From positions 1,280,001 to 1,344,000 of the forward strand of contig CBDCYI010000005.1 of assembly GCA_965224085.1 (NCBI GenBank): a DNA stretch of 64,000 bases, in the 5' to 3' direction. This stretch comes from Candidatus Marinacidobacterales bacterium. Its GTDB lineage: Bacteria; Acidobacteriota; Vicinamibacteria; Marinacidobacterales; SMYC01. Positions 38,089-47,070 of this stretch are shown piece by piece (the first letter of the stretch is position 1; the number at the start of each line of letters is the position of its first letter). A program made the position numbers and the translations under genes. Below the pieces are notes generated by a model that worked only from the letters and a program-made list of their open reading frames with translations, had not been told where the DNA came from and ran no database searches.

Positions 38089-39215
38089 CAAGCCGAAGGC
38101 GCGTCCAATCGTTCGGAAAGCTCTTTTCGGAGCGTTTCGAAACGATCTTCTTCGATGGCGCGGCGCATGCGCCGCATGAGCTCCAAGTAGAAATGGAGAT
38201 TGTGGATGGTGTTGAGCGTCCGCGCCGTCATTTCTTTGGAGACGAACAGGTGTCGCAAATAGGCCCGGGAAAAGGTCCCGCAAGTGTAGCAGGAGCAGTC
38301 CGAATCGAGCGGCCCGTGGTCGTCGGTGTAGCGGGCGTTCTTGATCGCGAGCTTCCCAGTGCTCGTGAAGAGCGTTCCATTGCGGGCGTTTCGCGTGGGC
38401 AGCACACAATCGAACAAGTCCACACCGCGGGCGACGGATTCGATCAGGTCGCCCGGCGTTCCCGCACCCATAAGGTAACGCGGGCGATCCGCGGGCAGCT
38501 CTGCAGTCGACATCTCGGTCATCGCGCGCGTCAACTCCTTGGGCTCGCCCACCGCGAGGCCCCCGATCCCGTAACCGGGAAAGTCGAGCTCGGCGAGCTC
38601 CTTCGCGTGGTCGCGCCGAATGTTCTCGAAGACGCCGCCTTGAACGATGCCGAAAAGCGCTTGCTCTTCGCGGGACTTCGCTTTCAGGCACCGGCGTGCC
38701 CAGGCGCTCGTTCGTTCAGTGGCCTTGTGCACAGTGTCTTGCTCCGACGGATAGAGGAGGCACTCATCGAGAACCATCGCGATGTCCGCGCCCAGCTTTT
38801 CCTGGATCTCGACGGCTTTCTCGGGGCTGAGCGCGTGCAAGCTTCCGTCCAGGTGCGAGCGGAAGGTCACGCCTTCGTCATCGACGCGTCTGAGCGCGGC
38901 TAGGCTTGCGATTTGGAACCCGCCGCTATCCGTGAGAATGGGCTTCCGCCACGCCATCATCCCGTGAAGGCCGCCCAGCGAAACGACTCTCTCGGCACCG
39001 GGACGCAGCATCAAGTGATAAGTGTTCGAGAGAACGATTTGGGTGCCGAGCTCCTCCACTTGTTTCTGTGTGAGCGTCTTCACCGAGCCCTGTGTCGCCA
39101 CGGGCATGAACGCAGGCGTCTCGACCATCCCGTGCGGTGTCCTCAGGACGCCGCGCCGTGCCGCGACGGACCGAGCCCGAACCGAGAACGAAAACGACGA
39201 ATCGGATTGCGTCAT
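38088..39215 (-). CDS. tgt: tRNA-guanine transglycosylase
   Basis: TPAFMPV, NTYHL, TDSGGFQ, GIVQGG, DCVLPTR, CxCxxC, HNL. Confidence 0.96.
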   Translation of the reverse strand: MTQSDSSFSFSVRARSVAARRGVLRTPHGMVETPAFMPVATQGSVKTLTQKQVEELGTQIVLSNTYHLMLRPGAERVVSLGGLHGMMAWRKPILTDSGGFQIASLAALRRVDDEGVTFRSHLDGSLHALSPEKAVEIQEKLGADIAMVLDECLLYPSEQDTVHKATERTSAWARRCLKAKSREEQALFGIVQGGVFENIRRDHAKELAELDFPGYGIGGLAVGEPKELTRAMTEMSTAELPADRPRYLMGAGTPGDLIESVARGVDLFDCVLPTRNARNGTLFTSTGKLAIKNARYTDDHGPLDSDCSCYTCGTFSRAYLRHLFVSKEMTARTLNTIHNLHFYLELMRRMRRAIEEDRFETLRKELSERLDAPSA

Positions 39216-39349
39216 GCTCTTGCTTTATTGTCTCTCAGAAAAACGCCGAGTCGCTCTTGGCATACGTTGTGACTTGCTTTACGAAGTATGGCTCCCTGCT
39301 AACATCTTCAATCCAAAAGCCTCGAGGTTGACGTCGAACGAATTAGGCC

Positions 39350-39378
39350 TTGACAGGCCATATAGCCTTCTTTATGCT
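39350..39378 (+). promoter_or_regulatory. Putative sigma70 promoter of Lys-rich sORF unit
   Basis: TTGACA-17-TATGCT. Confidence 0.65.
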
Positions 39379-39596
39379 ACATCTAGTATGCCAAGGGCAG
39401 ACTCAAACGATTTCTAGTGTTGTGGCTCTTCGAAGCAAACAGCGTTCTTTGGACCTCGCGTCCAGAGAAGAAACTGTTTGAGTTTCTTGGCGTGCGAGCG
39501 GAAGTTCGAGATGTCATTTAGTAAAATTTCGATGTTGCAACCAAGTGACGTGTTCGGACCCCTTCGCTCTATCCCCTAAGGAGAGGAGGCGATTGT

Positions 39597-39671
39597 ATGG
39601 CAAAGAAAAAAGCTGCAAAGAAAAAGGCTAAGAAAAAAGCCACCAAAAAGAAAGCTGCAAAGAAGAAATAG
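39597..39671 (+). CDS. 24-aa Lys/Ala-rich small protein MAKKKAAKKKAKKKATKKKAAKKK (histone H1-tail-like)
   Basis: GAGGAGG RBS 7 nt upstream; mixed AAA/AAG codons keeping a KKK-A(A/T) repeat; own promoter and terminator; absent from ORF track (<60 aa). Confidence 0.75.
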   Translation: MAKKKAAKKKAKKKATKKKAAKKK

Positions 39672-39696
39672 CGACTTCCTCAGGGGTATCGAGAGC

Positions 39697-39725
39697 GGGG
39701 GTGAGTCCTTCACCCCCTTTTTTTT
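39697..39725 (+). terminator. Rho-independent terminator
   Basis: GGGGGTGA-gtcct-TCACCCCC followed by T8. Confidence 0.85.
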
Positions 39726-39742
39726 CAGCGTCAGAATTAGCA

Positions 39743-40678
39743 TTAACGATCTGCTTTTTTCGATGACACTCTCTCCAATTTGGAGTCGCACCCAAGTTTA
39801 GAGAGCTTCATCACCTGGAGTGAGTCCTGAATGCCTGATCGCAGAACGTAACGTCGGATCGCCCGAGCTACTCCCGCTTCGTCGTTGGTTTCGGTTTCTT
39901 CGAAGCCGCGCTCGCGAAGCTCTTGGGTGGCGTTTTGCATTACCACACCCATCCCGGCGTGCTCCAGCATATCTAGATCGTTCCAGTTGTCTCCGATGGC
40001 GAGCGTTTCAGACAACGGTATTCTCAAACGTTCGCTCACGAAACGAAGCGCCGCGGACTTCGTCGCTTCGGCTGCCAGGACATCGAGCAGAGCGAGGTCG
40101 TCAACTGGATATTCTGTGCGCGCCAGACTTACTTCGTTTCGTCGGGCGCCGAGCTCCGTATTCAGCAAAGTCGCGAAGCTACGGATGACCGAGACGCTGT
40201 TCGCGAAGCCGATCTGGACCGGGTCGCGCTCGAGTCGTATGACGTCGGTCCAAGCAGGTGGGGGAGTCGATCGAGTCAGATAGCGCAAGAGGTGCGGGAG
40301 CTCGCGCGCGCTTTTCCTTAGAATGAGATGGCCCTCTGCGTTGGGGCCATCATGCACGACGACTTCCATCGCGCTGCGCTCCGCGATATCGAGCACCTGC
40401 TCGGCGACGGGGCGCGCGAGGAGACGCCGCCTCAAAATGGGGCCGTCGATCCCTTCCATTATGATGGCGCCGCTATTTGCGACGACGAACGCGTCGAGGT
40501 CGAGCGCCCGCAAGTAGGGAAGGACAGAAGGAAAGCGGCGGCCAGTGACGATGGCGATGGCGACGCCTGCCGAGGCGCACTCCGCGAGGGCGCGGTGATT
40601 CTCAGCGGGGATCTCGTGAGACGAGCTCAGCAGGGTACCGTCGAGGTCGACGGCGACGAGACGATAATTACCGCTCAC
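39743..40678 (-). CDS. Cof-type HAD-IIB hydrolase
   Basis: DLDGTLL, VTGR, K, GDNWNDLDML, ND..GVA. Confidence 0.9.
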   Translation of the reverse strand: MSGNYRLVAVDLDGTLLSSSHEIPAENHRALAECASAGVAIAIVTGRRFPSVLPYLRALDLDAFVVANSGAIIMEGIDGPILRRRLLARPVAEQVLDIAERSAMEVVVHDGPNAEGHLILRKSARELPHLLRYLTRSTPPPAWTDVIRLERDPVQIGFANSVSVIRSFATLLNTELGARRNEVSLARTEYPVDDLALLDVLAAEATKSAALRFVSERLRIPLSETLAIGDNWNDLDMLEHAGMGVVMQNATQELRERGFEETETNDEAGVARAIRRYVLRSGIQDSLQVMKLSKLGCDSKLERVSSKKADR

Positions 40679-42827
40679 GATAAGGAGAGTTGAAACCGTC
40701 CCAGATCGTGACCTCTTCGATGGTGTCGGAAGGCTCGATGCGGTCCACGATCTCCATCCCTCTCGTGACTTGCCCGAATACCGTGTGTAGGCCGTCGAGG
40801 TCAGGCCTCGGCAAGTGGGTGATGAAGAATTGGCTGCCGGCGGTGTCTTTGCCGTGATCCGCCATAACGAGCGTGCCGCGCGCGATGGGCCGCGTGTTGA
40901 TTTCCGAGCGGATGGCATAGCCCGGACCGCCATTGCCGTCGCCGCGTGGATCCCCGCTCTGGACGAAGCCGTTGGGCACGACGCGATGGAAGGAGAGGCC
41001 ATCGAAAAAGCCCTGCCGCGCGAGACGGACAAAATTTCGAACCGTGAGCGGCGCATCCAGCACGAACAGCTCGAGCTCGATCGTGCCCCCCCGGCTCGTG
41101 CGGATGAAGGCTTGGGGTGAATAGGGTGGGCTCACATAAGGCTCGTAGGTCCCGAGGCCCTGCTGGCTGGGCCGTGCGATCACCCGCACGTTTTTCGACC
41201 CGCCGTGTCTCAAGATCGACGCGGCTCGGATGCGGACGAGATAGTTGGTGTCCTTGAGCGCTTCGCGCGCCATCGATTCGGCTTCGGCCGCATCCAGCTT
41301 GGCGAGCGCCGCGAGAAGCTCTGCTTTGACCCGAGGCTCGTTGGAGCTCTCGATGAGGAAGGCCTGTTTGACGGGCGCCACACCGTCACGCGCTCGGAGC
41401 GCCGCGAGGCCGCGCGCGGCGGCCAGCCGCTCGAACGGGTCCTTTGCCGTCAAATGCTGAATAAGCACCGTGACCGCACCGCCCGGATCGCGCGTCGCGA
41501 GCGCGGTCAACGCGTGCGCCCGAACCCGAGGATCCAGCTCGTCCACCATCGTTCGCAGGAGCGCTACGCTACGCTCGGACGCCAAGCGTCCCAACAAATC
41601 GGCGAGGGCCGCTCGGACCCGCCAATGCTTGTCTTGGCCGAGGCCCGCCAAAAGAAGCCAAAACCCGTTGGTGTCTTGGCGCGCGAGTGCTCCGAGCGTG
41701 AGCCCACGTATCCATGGGCTCGCGCTCCCGAGCCGATCGATGAGAGGCTCGACGGCCGTCTCCGCGCGCAACTCCGCTAACGCTTTCAGCACTTCGGTCT
41801 GAACATAGCGGGTGTCCCTGTCCAAGAGTGGCACGAGATCATCGGCGCGTGCATGCAGCCGATGGGCTCCCGCGGCGCGAATAGCCTCGATGCGGACGCT
41901 CTCGTTCGGGTCCGCGATGAGGAGGCGTACATAGTCCTGCGCTTGTTCTGAGCTGATGGATCGCAGCCCTCGTGCACCCCAATACCGGAACTCGGGGTTC
42001 CTCGAACCGGCGTAAAAGCGCAGGATGGGAGCGAGCTCGTCGCCCGAGAGTGCTGTGGCTGTCCAAGCCGCGGGCCACCATACGAAACGCGGCGTGCTCC
42101 CCTGGGTCGCAAGTAGTCCCCAGCCGTAGCGAAGGCTATCGAGCCGCGCTAGCGCGAACAAACCGAGGCGCAAATCGAAATGTGGATAGCTCAAAGCCGA
42201 CGCTTGCACATCGTCGCTCCATTGGTAGGGCTCTCCGCCTTTCGGCATCCGGGCGAGAAGCGTCGTCGCGATCGCCTCGGCAGAGCTGGCATCTCCGTTT
42301 TTCCCGAGTGCTTCCACCGCTCGGGCTCGAACCCGCTCGCTCGTGTCGTCCAAAAGCTCGGTCAAACGGTCGATCGCGTCCTTAGGCAGCTCGTCTTCCA
42401 GAAGGCCGAGTGCAAACGCAGCTGTTGCACGCACATAAGGCGACGCGTCATCGAGAAGGGTTGCGATGGTGAGCGCGGCACCAGGGCCGCCGATACGGGC
42501 GCGCACGAGCGCGGCCTGCCCTCGGACTCTGCCAGCGGGATCGCTCAGCCTTGCCTCCACCTCGCCGTCGCCGAGAGAGCGCTCGTCTTCGAGCTTCATG
42601 AGCCGGGAGAGCTTGCTCTCGAGGGTCGGACCGGCCGGTGTCACAGGCGCTGACGCGCACCCCGCGGCAATCCAGATCAAGAAAAAGGCTGCCGGCAAGC
42701 TGACGAAAAAGTACAGCGGCTCGACTGGGCCGACTGCGGAGAGCCGAGCGAGGAGCGAGGGGACGTGCGCGCGAACGAGGCGTTCGCGCGCACGGATCAG
42801 TGGTATTGGGCGCAGCCGCCGTGTCAT
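40668..42827 (-). CDS. HEAT-repeat protein with C-terminal cyclophilin-type PPIase domain (start uncertain)
   Basis: VR..A..ALG repeats; FHRVVP..VQSGDP, GSQFFIT, TVFGQV; lipobox-like IAAGC. Confidence 0.85.
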   Translation of the reverse strand: MTRRLRPIPLIRARERLVRAHVPSLLARLSAVGPVEPLYFFVSLPAAFFLIWIAAGCASAPVTPAGPTLESKLSRLMKLEDERSLGDGEVEARLSDPAGRVRGQAALVRARIGGPGAALTIATLLDDASPYVRATAAFALGLLEDELPKDAIDRLTELLDDTSERVRARAVEALGKNGDASSAEAIATTLLARMPKGGEPYQWSDDVQASALSYPHFDLRLGLFALARLDSLRYGWGLLATQGSTPRFVWWPAAWTATALSGDELAPILRFYAGSRNPEFRYWGARGLRSISSEQAQDYVRLLIADPNESVRIEAIRAAGAHRLHARADDLVPLLDRDTRYVQTEVLKALAELRAETAVEPLIDRLGSASPWIRGLTLGALARQDTNGFWLLLAGLGQDKHWRVRAALADLLGRLASERSVALLRTMVDELDPRVRAHALTALATRDPGGAVTVLIQHLTAKDPFERLAAARGLAALRARDGVAPVKQAFLIESSNEPRVKAELLAALAKLDAAEAESMAREALKDTNYLVRIRAASILRHGGSKNVRVIARPSQQGLGTYEPYVSPPYSPQAFIRTSRGGTIELELFVLDAPLTVRNFVRLARQGFFDGLSFHRVVPNGFVQSGDPRGDGNGGPGYAIRSEINTRPIARGTLVMADHGKDTAGSQFFITHLPRPDLDGLHTVFGQVTRGMEIVDRIEPSDTIEEVTIWDGFNSPYRER

Positions 42828-42856
42828 CGGGCGGCATTATATCTCGCCGCCATCTG

Positions 42857-43969
42857 CTACGACGGCGTGAGCACGCGATGGGAGATGCGGTGTTTCGCGA
42901 TCCGATCCTCGAGCACCGTGTAGCCGATCCCAGGGCCGTCGGGCACTTGAATCGTGCCGTCGCTCCGGACTTCAACCGTGGGCTCGATGAGCTCCTCGAC
43001 GAAATAGCGCTTGGAGTCCGCGACGTCTCCCGGCAGCGCAAAATTCGGGAGCGTGGAGAGGTGGACGTTATGCGCGCGTCCAATCCCGCTCTCGAGCATA
43101 CCGCCACACCAGACCGGGATGTCGTGCTCGGCGGCGAGCTTCTGGATGTTCGAAGCGCTCGAGAGTCCACCCACGCGGCCGGCTTTGACGTTGATGATAC
43201 GGGTTGCGGACATCTCGATCGCCCGTCTTGCGTCGTCGAGCGAGTGGACGGATTCATCGAGACATACCGGAGTCTTGATTTGCTTTTGGAGCGCCGCGTG
43301 GTCCCACATGTCGTGGTAGTCCAGAGGCTGCTCGATCATCATCAGATCGTAAGCGTCCATTTCTTGAAAGAGCTTCACGTCGTCCAAGGTATAGGCACTA
43401 TTGGCGTCCACCATCAGGAGGATATCGGGAAAGCGCTCGCGCACTTGCCGCACGATGTCGAGGTCCCAGCCCGGTTTGATTTTGATCTTGATCCGCCGGT
43501 AACCGTCCGCGAGCTCGCCTTCGATTTTCGACAGAAGCTGGTCGACGCTGTCTTGGATGCCGATCGAGGCACCGGAAGCGATCTCCGTGCGCGTCCCCCC
43601 GAGCGCCTTCGAGAGGGACTCGTCCCGCATCCGGGCATAAGCTTCCCAAAAACCCATCTCGACGGCTGCTTTCGCCATGTTGTGACCGCGGATGGCGTGG
43701 AGCGAGGGAAGCAGCTCGTCGGGATGGGCGTAGTCGCGTCTGAACACTATGGGTGCGATGAAATCTTCAATCGCATGGAGCGCGGTCTGGACCGTTTCCG
43801 ATGAGTAAAACGGTGACTCGCTAGCGACGCATTCGCTCCAGCCGGTCACCCCGTCGACCGTGACCTGAAGCAGCAAGAAACGCTCGTAGGTGACGCGCGC
43901 AAAACTCGTCTCGAAGAAGTTTTTGAGGTCCAGCTTGACCTCGTGGATCCCGATCGATTCGATTTTCAT
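42857..43969 (-). CDS. menC: o-succinylbenzoate synthase / N-acyl amino acid racemase (enolase superfamily)
   Basis: KIKIKPG, VDAN, EQP, DES, WCGGMLESGIGRAHN, PGD. Confidence 0.85.
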   Translation of the reverse strand: MKIESIGIHEVKLDLKNFFETSFARVTYERFLLLQVTVDGVTGWSECVASESPFYSSETVQTALHAIEDFIAPIVFRRDYAHPDELLPSLHAIRGHNMAKAAVEMGFWEAYARMRDESLSKALGGTRTEIASGASIGIQDSVDQLLSKIEGELADGYRRIKIKIKPGWDLDIVRQVRERFPDILLMVDANSAYTLDDVKLFQEMDAYDLMMIEQPLDYHDMWDHAALQKQIKTPVCLDESVHSLDDARRAIEMSATRIINVKAGRVGGLSSASNIQKLAAEHDIPVWCGGMLESGIGRAHNVHLSTLPNFALPGDVADSKRYFVEELIEPTVEVRSDGTIQVPDGPGIGYTVLEDRIAKHRISHRVLTPS

Positions 43970-44033
43970 CGCGGGATCGTAGCGCAGTTGACCGTCATTC
44001 GCTGCTGCTATCCGCTACTCCTCTGCTAACGAT

Positions 44034-45350
44034 TTACCAAGGCAGATATTTGCCGATCGCGTCGATTTTAGACAGATCGACAGCGAGGACGGTCACCATC
44101 AGAAGCAGCAGCATCACGAAGCCGACTTGCAGGATGCGCTCTTTGACCTGCCGGCTGAAATCACGGCCGGCGAGGCCCTCGAGCGCGATGACCGCCATGT
44201 GGCCGCCATCGAGAAGCGGTATAGGAAGCAGATTCAAGATTCCGAGGTTCAGGCTGAGAAATGCCATGAACATGAAGAGCTGTCGGGCGCCGCGTCGCGC
44301 TGTCTCGCCTGCGGCGACGCCGATCCCCACCGGCCCTGAGAGCGTATTCAGCGAGGCGCGCCCGGTCACGAGCCGTCCGAGCACGATGAAGGTCAGGCGG
44401 GTGAAACGCGACGTTTCCCCGAGTGCCTCCTTCAGGGCGAGCGCGGGATTCGTGACGCGAAAGAGCACCGTCGGTGTTGCGTCGAAGTTGATGCCGATGA
44501 GCCAGCGGCCGTCGTCTTGTTGAGGCGTGAGAATGAACTCCATGCTCTCCTGGTTGCGAAGGATCCCGAGCGTAACTGGCTCTCCCTGGCGAGCCTCGAT
44601 CCCTTCGATGAGCTCGGTGAAATGGAAGATGGGTTTGCCGCCCACTTTCGTGATGATGTCGCCTTCTCGCATCCCCGCGCGCTCGGCAGGGAAATCCTCG
44701 AACAGCGCGGCGACTTGAGGCTGAATGGCGGGAAACAATCCGGCATAGCCGATTTCTTCATCGCCGCGGGCCTCGATCTCGATAGGAAACTGGATGGTTT
44801 GAGCGTCCCGCTCGACGCTCAGCATGAGGGTATCGTTCGCGCTGACGATGAACTTGTCGAGCGCCGCCTTCCAGCTCACGACCGGTTCCCCGTCGATGGC
44901 GGTAATACGGTCGCCAGGCTGCACGCCGCCTCGGCTGGCCGGCGAGTCCTCAGCGACGAAACGGACGTCGACCGGATCGTCGAGACCCGCGGGTCGCTCG
45001 ACGCCGACCATGAACAAAACGGTCAGAATAAGGATCGACAGTACGATGTTCATGGCTGGGCCAGCGAGCAGAATGGCGAGCCGTTCCCACTTGGAGTGGC
45101 TCATGAACTCTTCGGGATCGCCCGTGGCCTCCATCGGGTTGTCCCCGGCCATCTTCACGTAGCCGCCGAGAGGCAACGCGCCGATTCGATACTCCGTATC
45201 TCCCCAGGTGCGGCCGACGATCTTGGGCGGAAAGCCTAGCGAGAAGACTTTGACTTTGACACCTACCCATTTCGCGACGAGGAAATGACCTGCCTCGTGC
45301 ACGAAGACGAGCACCCCCAGAACGAAAACAAAAGCCAGCATATAGGTCAT
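44034..45350 (-). CDS. rseP: RIP metalloprotease RseP (2 PDZ)
   Basis: HEAGH, LGGYVKM, AGP, NLLPIPLLDGG. Confidence 0.95.
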   Translation of the reverse strand: MTYMLAFVFVLGVLVFVHEAGHFLVAKWVGVKVKVFSLGFPPKIVGRTWGDTEYRIGALPLGGYVKMAGDNPMEATGDPEEFMSHSKWERLAILLAGPAMNIVLSILILTVLFMVGVERPAGLDDPVDVRFVAEDSPASRGGVQPGDRITAIDGEPVVSWKAALDKFIVSANDTLMLSVERDAQTIQFPIEIEARGDEEIGYAGLFPAIQPQVAALFEDFPAERAGMREGDIITKVGGKPIFHFTELIEGIEARQGEPVTLGILRNQESMEFILTPQQDDGRWLIGINFDATPTVLFRVTNPALALKEALGETSRFTRLTFIVLGRLVTGRASLNTLSGPVGIGVAAGETARRGARQLFMFMAFLSLNLGILNLLPIPLLDGGHMAVIALEGLAGRDFSRQVKERILQVGFVMLLLLMVTVLAVDLSKIDAIGKYLPW

Positions 45351-45380
45351 GAAATTGAAATCTCCTCGCTGCGCACTAGA

Positions 45381-47070
45381 CTAGTTCCTGTCCAGAAACA
45401 CCATAACTTGTGGTGTACGAGAGGCCTATCGAAGATGTGGGTATTATACGTTTTCAGTCGGCACCTCGTAGGCTCGGAAGCGAATGAAAATCTTGGACGA
45501 AACGAGAGGCGAATCGTCAGCAATCCATGGCTATAAACGCAGTAAGAGTAATCATTATTATCGTAATAGGTGCCTTGCCATTACCAACAGGTTGCAGGTG
45601 ATGATGGAACTCCATACGTAGGATTTGAAAGAAGGCAATGAGCGCCATGTGCATCGGTCGAGACCAAAGACTCGTTTCAAGAACGAAATGACGCCTTCGA
45701 TTCCGCAGCGAAATCGCCGTAGGCGTTGATAGACCCAGGAACTCTTGACCATATCGGTCACCGCGAAGTGAGCCTTGGTAAAGGCAACATCTTCAACTCC
45801 CTTGCCTTTGATGGCTTCCAAGTTTGCCTTTGAAGAAAACGCGCCATCGTAGGCGACCTGGCGCGGGGCCCGTTCGTAGAGTTCGACTTGACGGTCGATC
45901 ATGGTTTCCGCGAGAGTTGAATCGGACGGATTCCCATCCAAGATCACGCAATCCAAAATCATCGAGGACGAGCCACCAGTCAAACACACCTTGTGACCGT
46001 AGAGAGTCTCGCGCCGGTCTTTGCGAATAATGTCGGTGTGTTCTTCGAAGATCGAAACGACCTTTTCCTCCGCAGGCACACGCTCTTCATCAATCACTCT
46101 ACGCCGAGTTTGGTTGATGACTTTTTCGGTGAGGACGAGAAAGTGCTTAAAATCCGCGGCGATCTTCTCCGCACTCGCTCGCTTCACCGGCTCGGTCAAG
46201 CCGGACTCGTCCAACTGGTCTGCAACGCGTTGAGCGGAGCGATAGGTTTCTTCCGACACCTTCAGTAGATCTCGATAGACGCGACGCCTTTGTTCCTTAT
46301 CCTTCGCGTTTAGAACTCCCAGTCGACGTCTCTTCGCTCGACGCGTTCGATTGCCGAAGACCACTACTGTACCCAGCAGTTCGCGAGTTCGGCACATGAG
46401 GCGAGTGAGAACTCGGACGCAGTCATAAAGAAGCTCGGAGTCCGTAGGAGAATGAATATTCGACTCCACTACCGTGCAGTCCACTCGTACTTTTCTTCCT
46501 TTTTCGATCGCGGTCTTCTCGGCAACACTCACCAACTCTCGGTTGATTTTCTCCAGCGTTTCGAACTTCACGGCTTTGATGTTTGCTGCTAGGGTCGACT
46601 TCGACGGGCTCGGCTCTATGATGCCGAGCTGGCAAAACGTCCGATAGCTTCGAGAGTCTGCCAAGTGAAACGCCAGCTCCCGATAGGTGAACTGATTCAG
46701 CTGCTTGACCAACAACGCCCGGAGAACCTGCTCCGCGCTCATTCCCCCACGACCAACATCGCTCCCTGCCGATGGGGTGACCGACCTCAGGTCTTGCAGT
46801 ACCAGCTCATTGAGCTTAGGATGGGCATCGAGCAGCGATGATATCGTTTCGAGCTCGCGTGCGTGCTCCAGCTCCAGCCAGGGCTCGCGAAGGCTTGGTT
46901 GTGGGTTGATCGTTTTTCGCATTTAGGGCTGGTCTCCTTTGGAGTTAAGTCGTTTAGAATCTGCGTTTTTGTCGACTCGATACTAAACGACACTCCCTCA
47001 GAAGGCTAGCCCTAAATTTGCGATTACCCCTTTTTTCTCAACCTCTTACACCTGTCAGGACGGGTACTAG
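45381..47070 (-). mobile_element. Insertion sequence, 1690 bp, ISNCY/IS5-like DDE (copy 2) between dxr and rseP
   Basis: Inverted near-identical copy of 3733-5422 (a few SNPs). Confidence 0.92.
45558..46922 (-). CDS. DDE transposase, 454 aa
   Basis: Same as 3881-5245 except one visible substitution (RTRQAK/RTRRAK). Confidence 0.9.
   Translation of the reverse strand: MRKTINPQPSLREPWLELEHARELETISSLLDAHPKLNELVLQDLRSVTPSAGSDVGRGGMSAEQVLRALLVKQLNQFTYRELAFHLADSRSYRTFCQLGIIEPSPSKSTLAANIKAVKFETLEKINRELVSVAEKTAIEKGRKVRVDCTVVESNIHSPTDSELLYDCVRVLTRLMCRTRELLGTVVVFGNRTRRAKRRRLGVLNAKDKEQRRRVYRDLLKVSEETYRSAQRVADQLDESGLTEPVKRASAEKIAADFKHFLVLTEKVINQTRRRVIDEERVPAEEKVVSIFEEHTDIIRKDRRETLYGHKVCLTGGSSSMILDCVILDGNPSDSTLAETMIDRQVELYERAPRQVAYDGAFSSKANLEAIKGKGVEDVAFTKAHFAVTDMVKSSWVYQRLRRFRCGIEGVISFLKRVFGLDRCTWRSLPSFKSYVWSSIITCNLLVMARHLLR

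Noticed and set aside
39385-39725. tmRNA, 6S or RNase P RNA
   Set aside because: No tRNA-like ends/CCA or RNase P conserved motifs; has a normal RBS-ATG ORF and terminator instead
39576-39791. 71-aa minus-strand hydrophobic ORF as a type I toxin
   Set aside because: Its Phe/Leu run is just the reverse complement of the Lys codons; no RBS, and expression signals favour the plus strand
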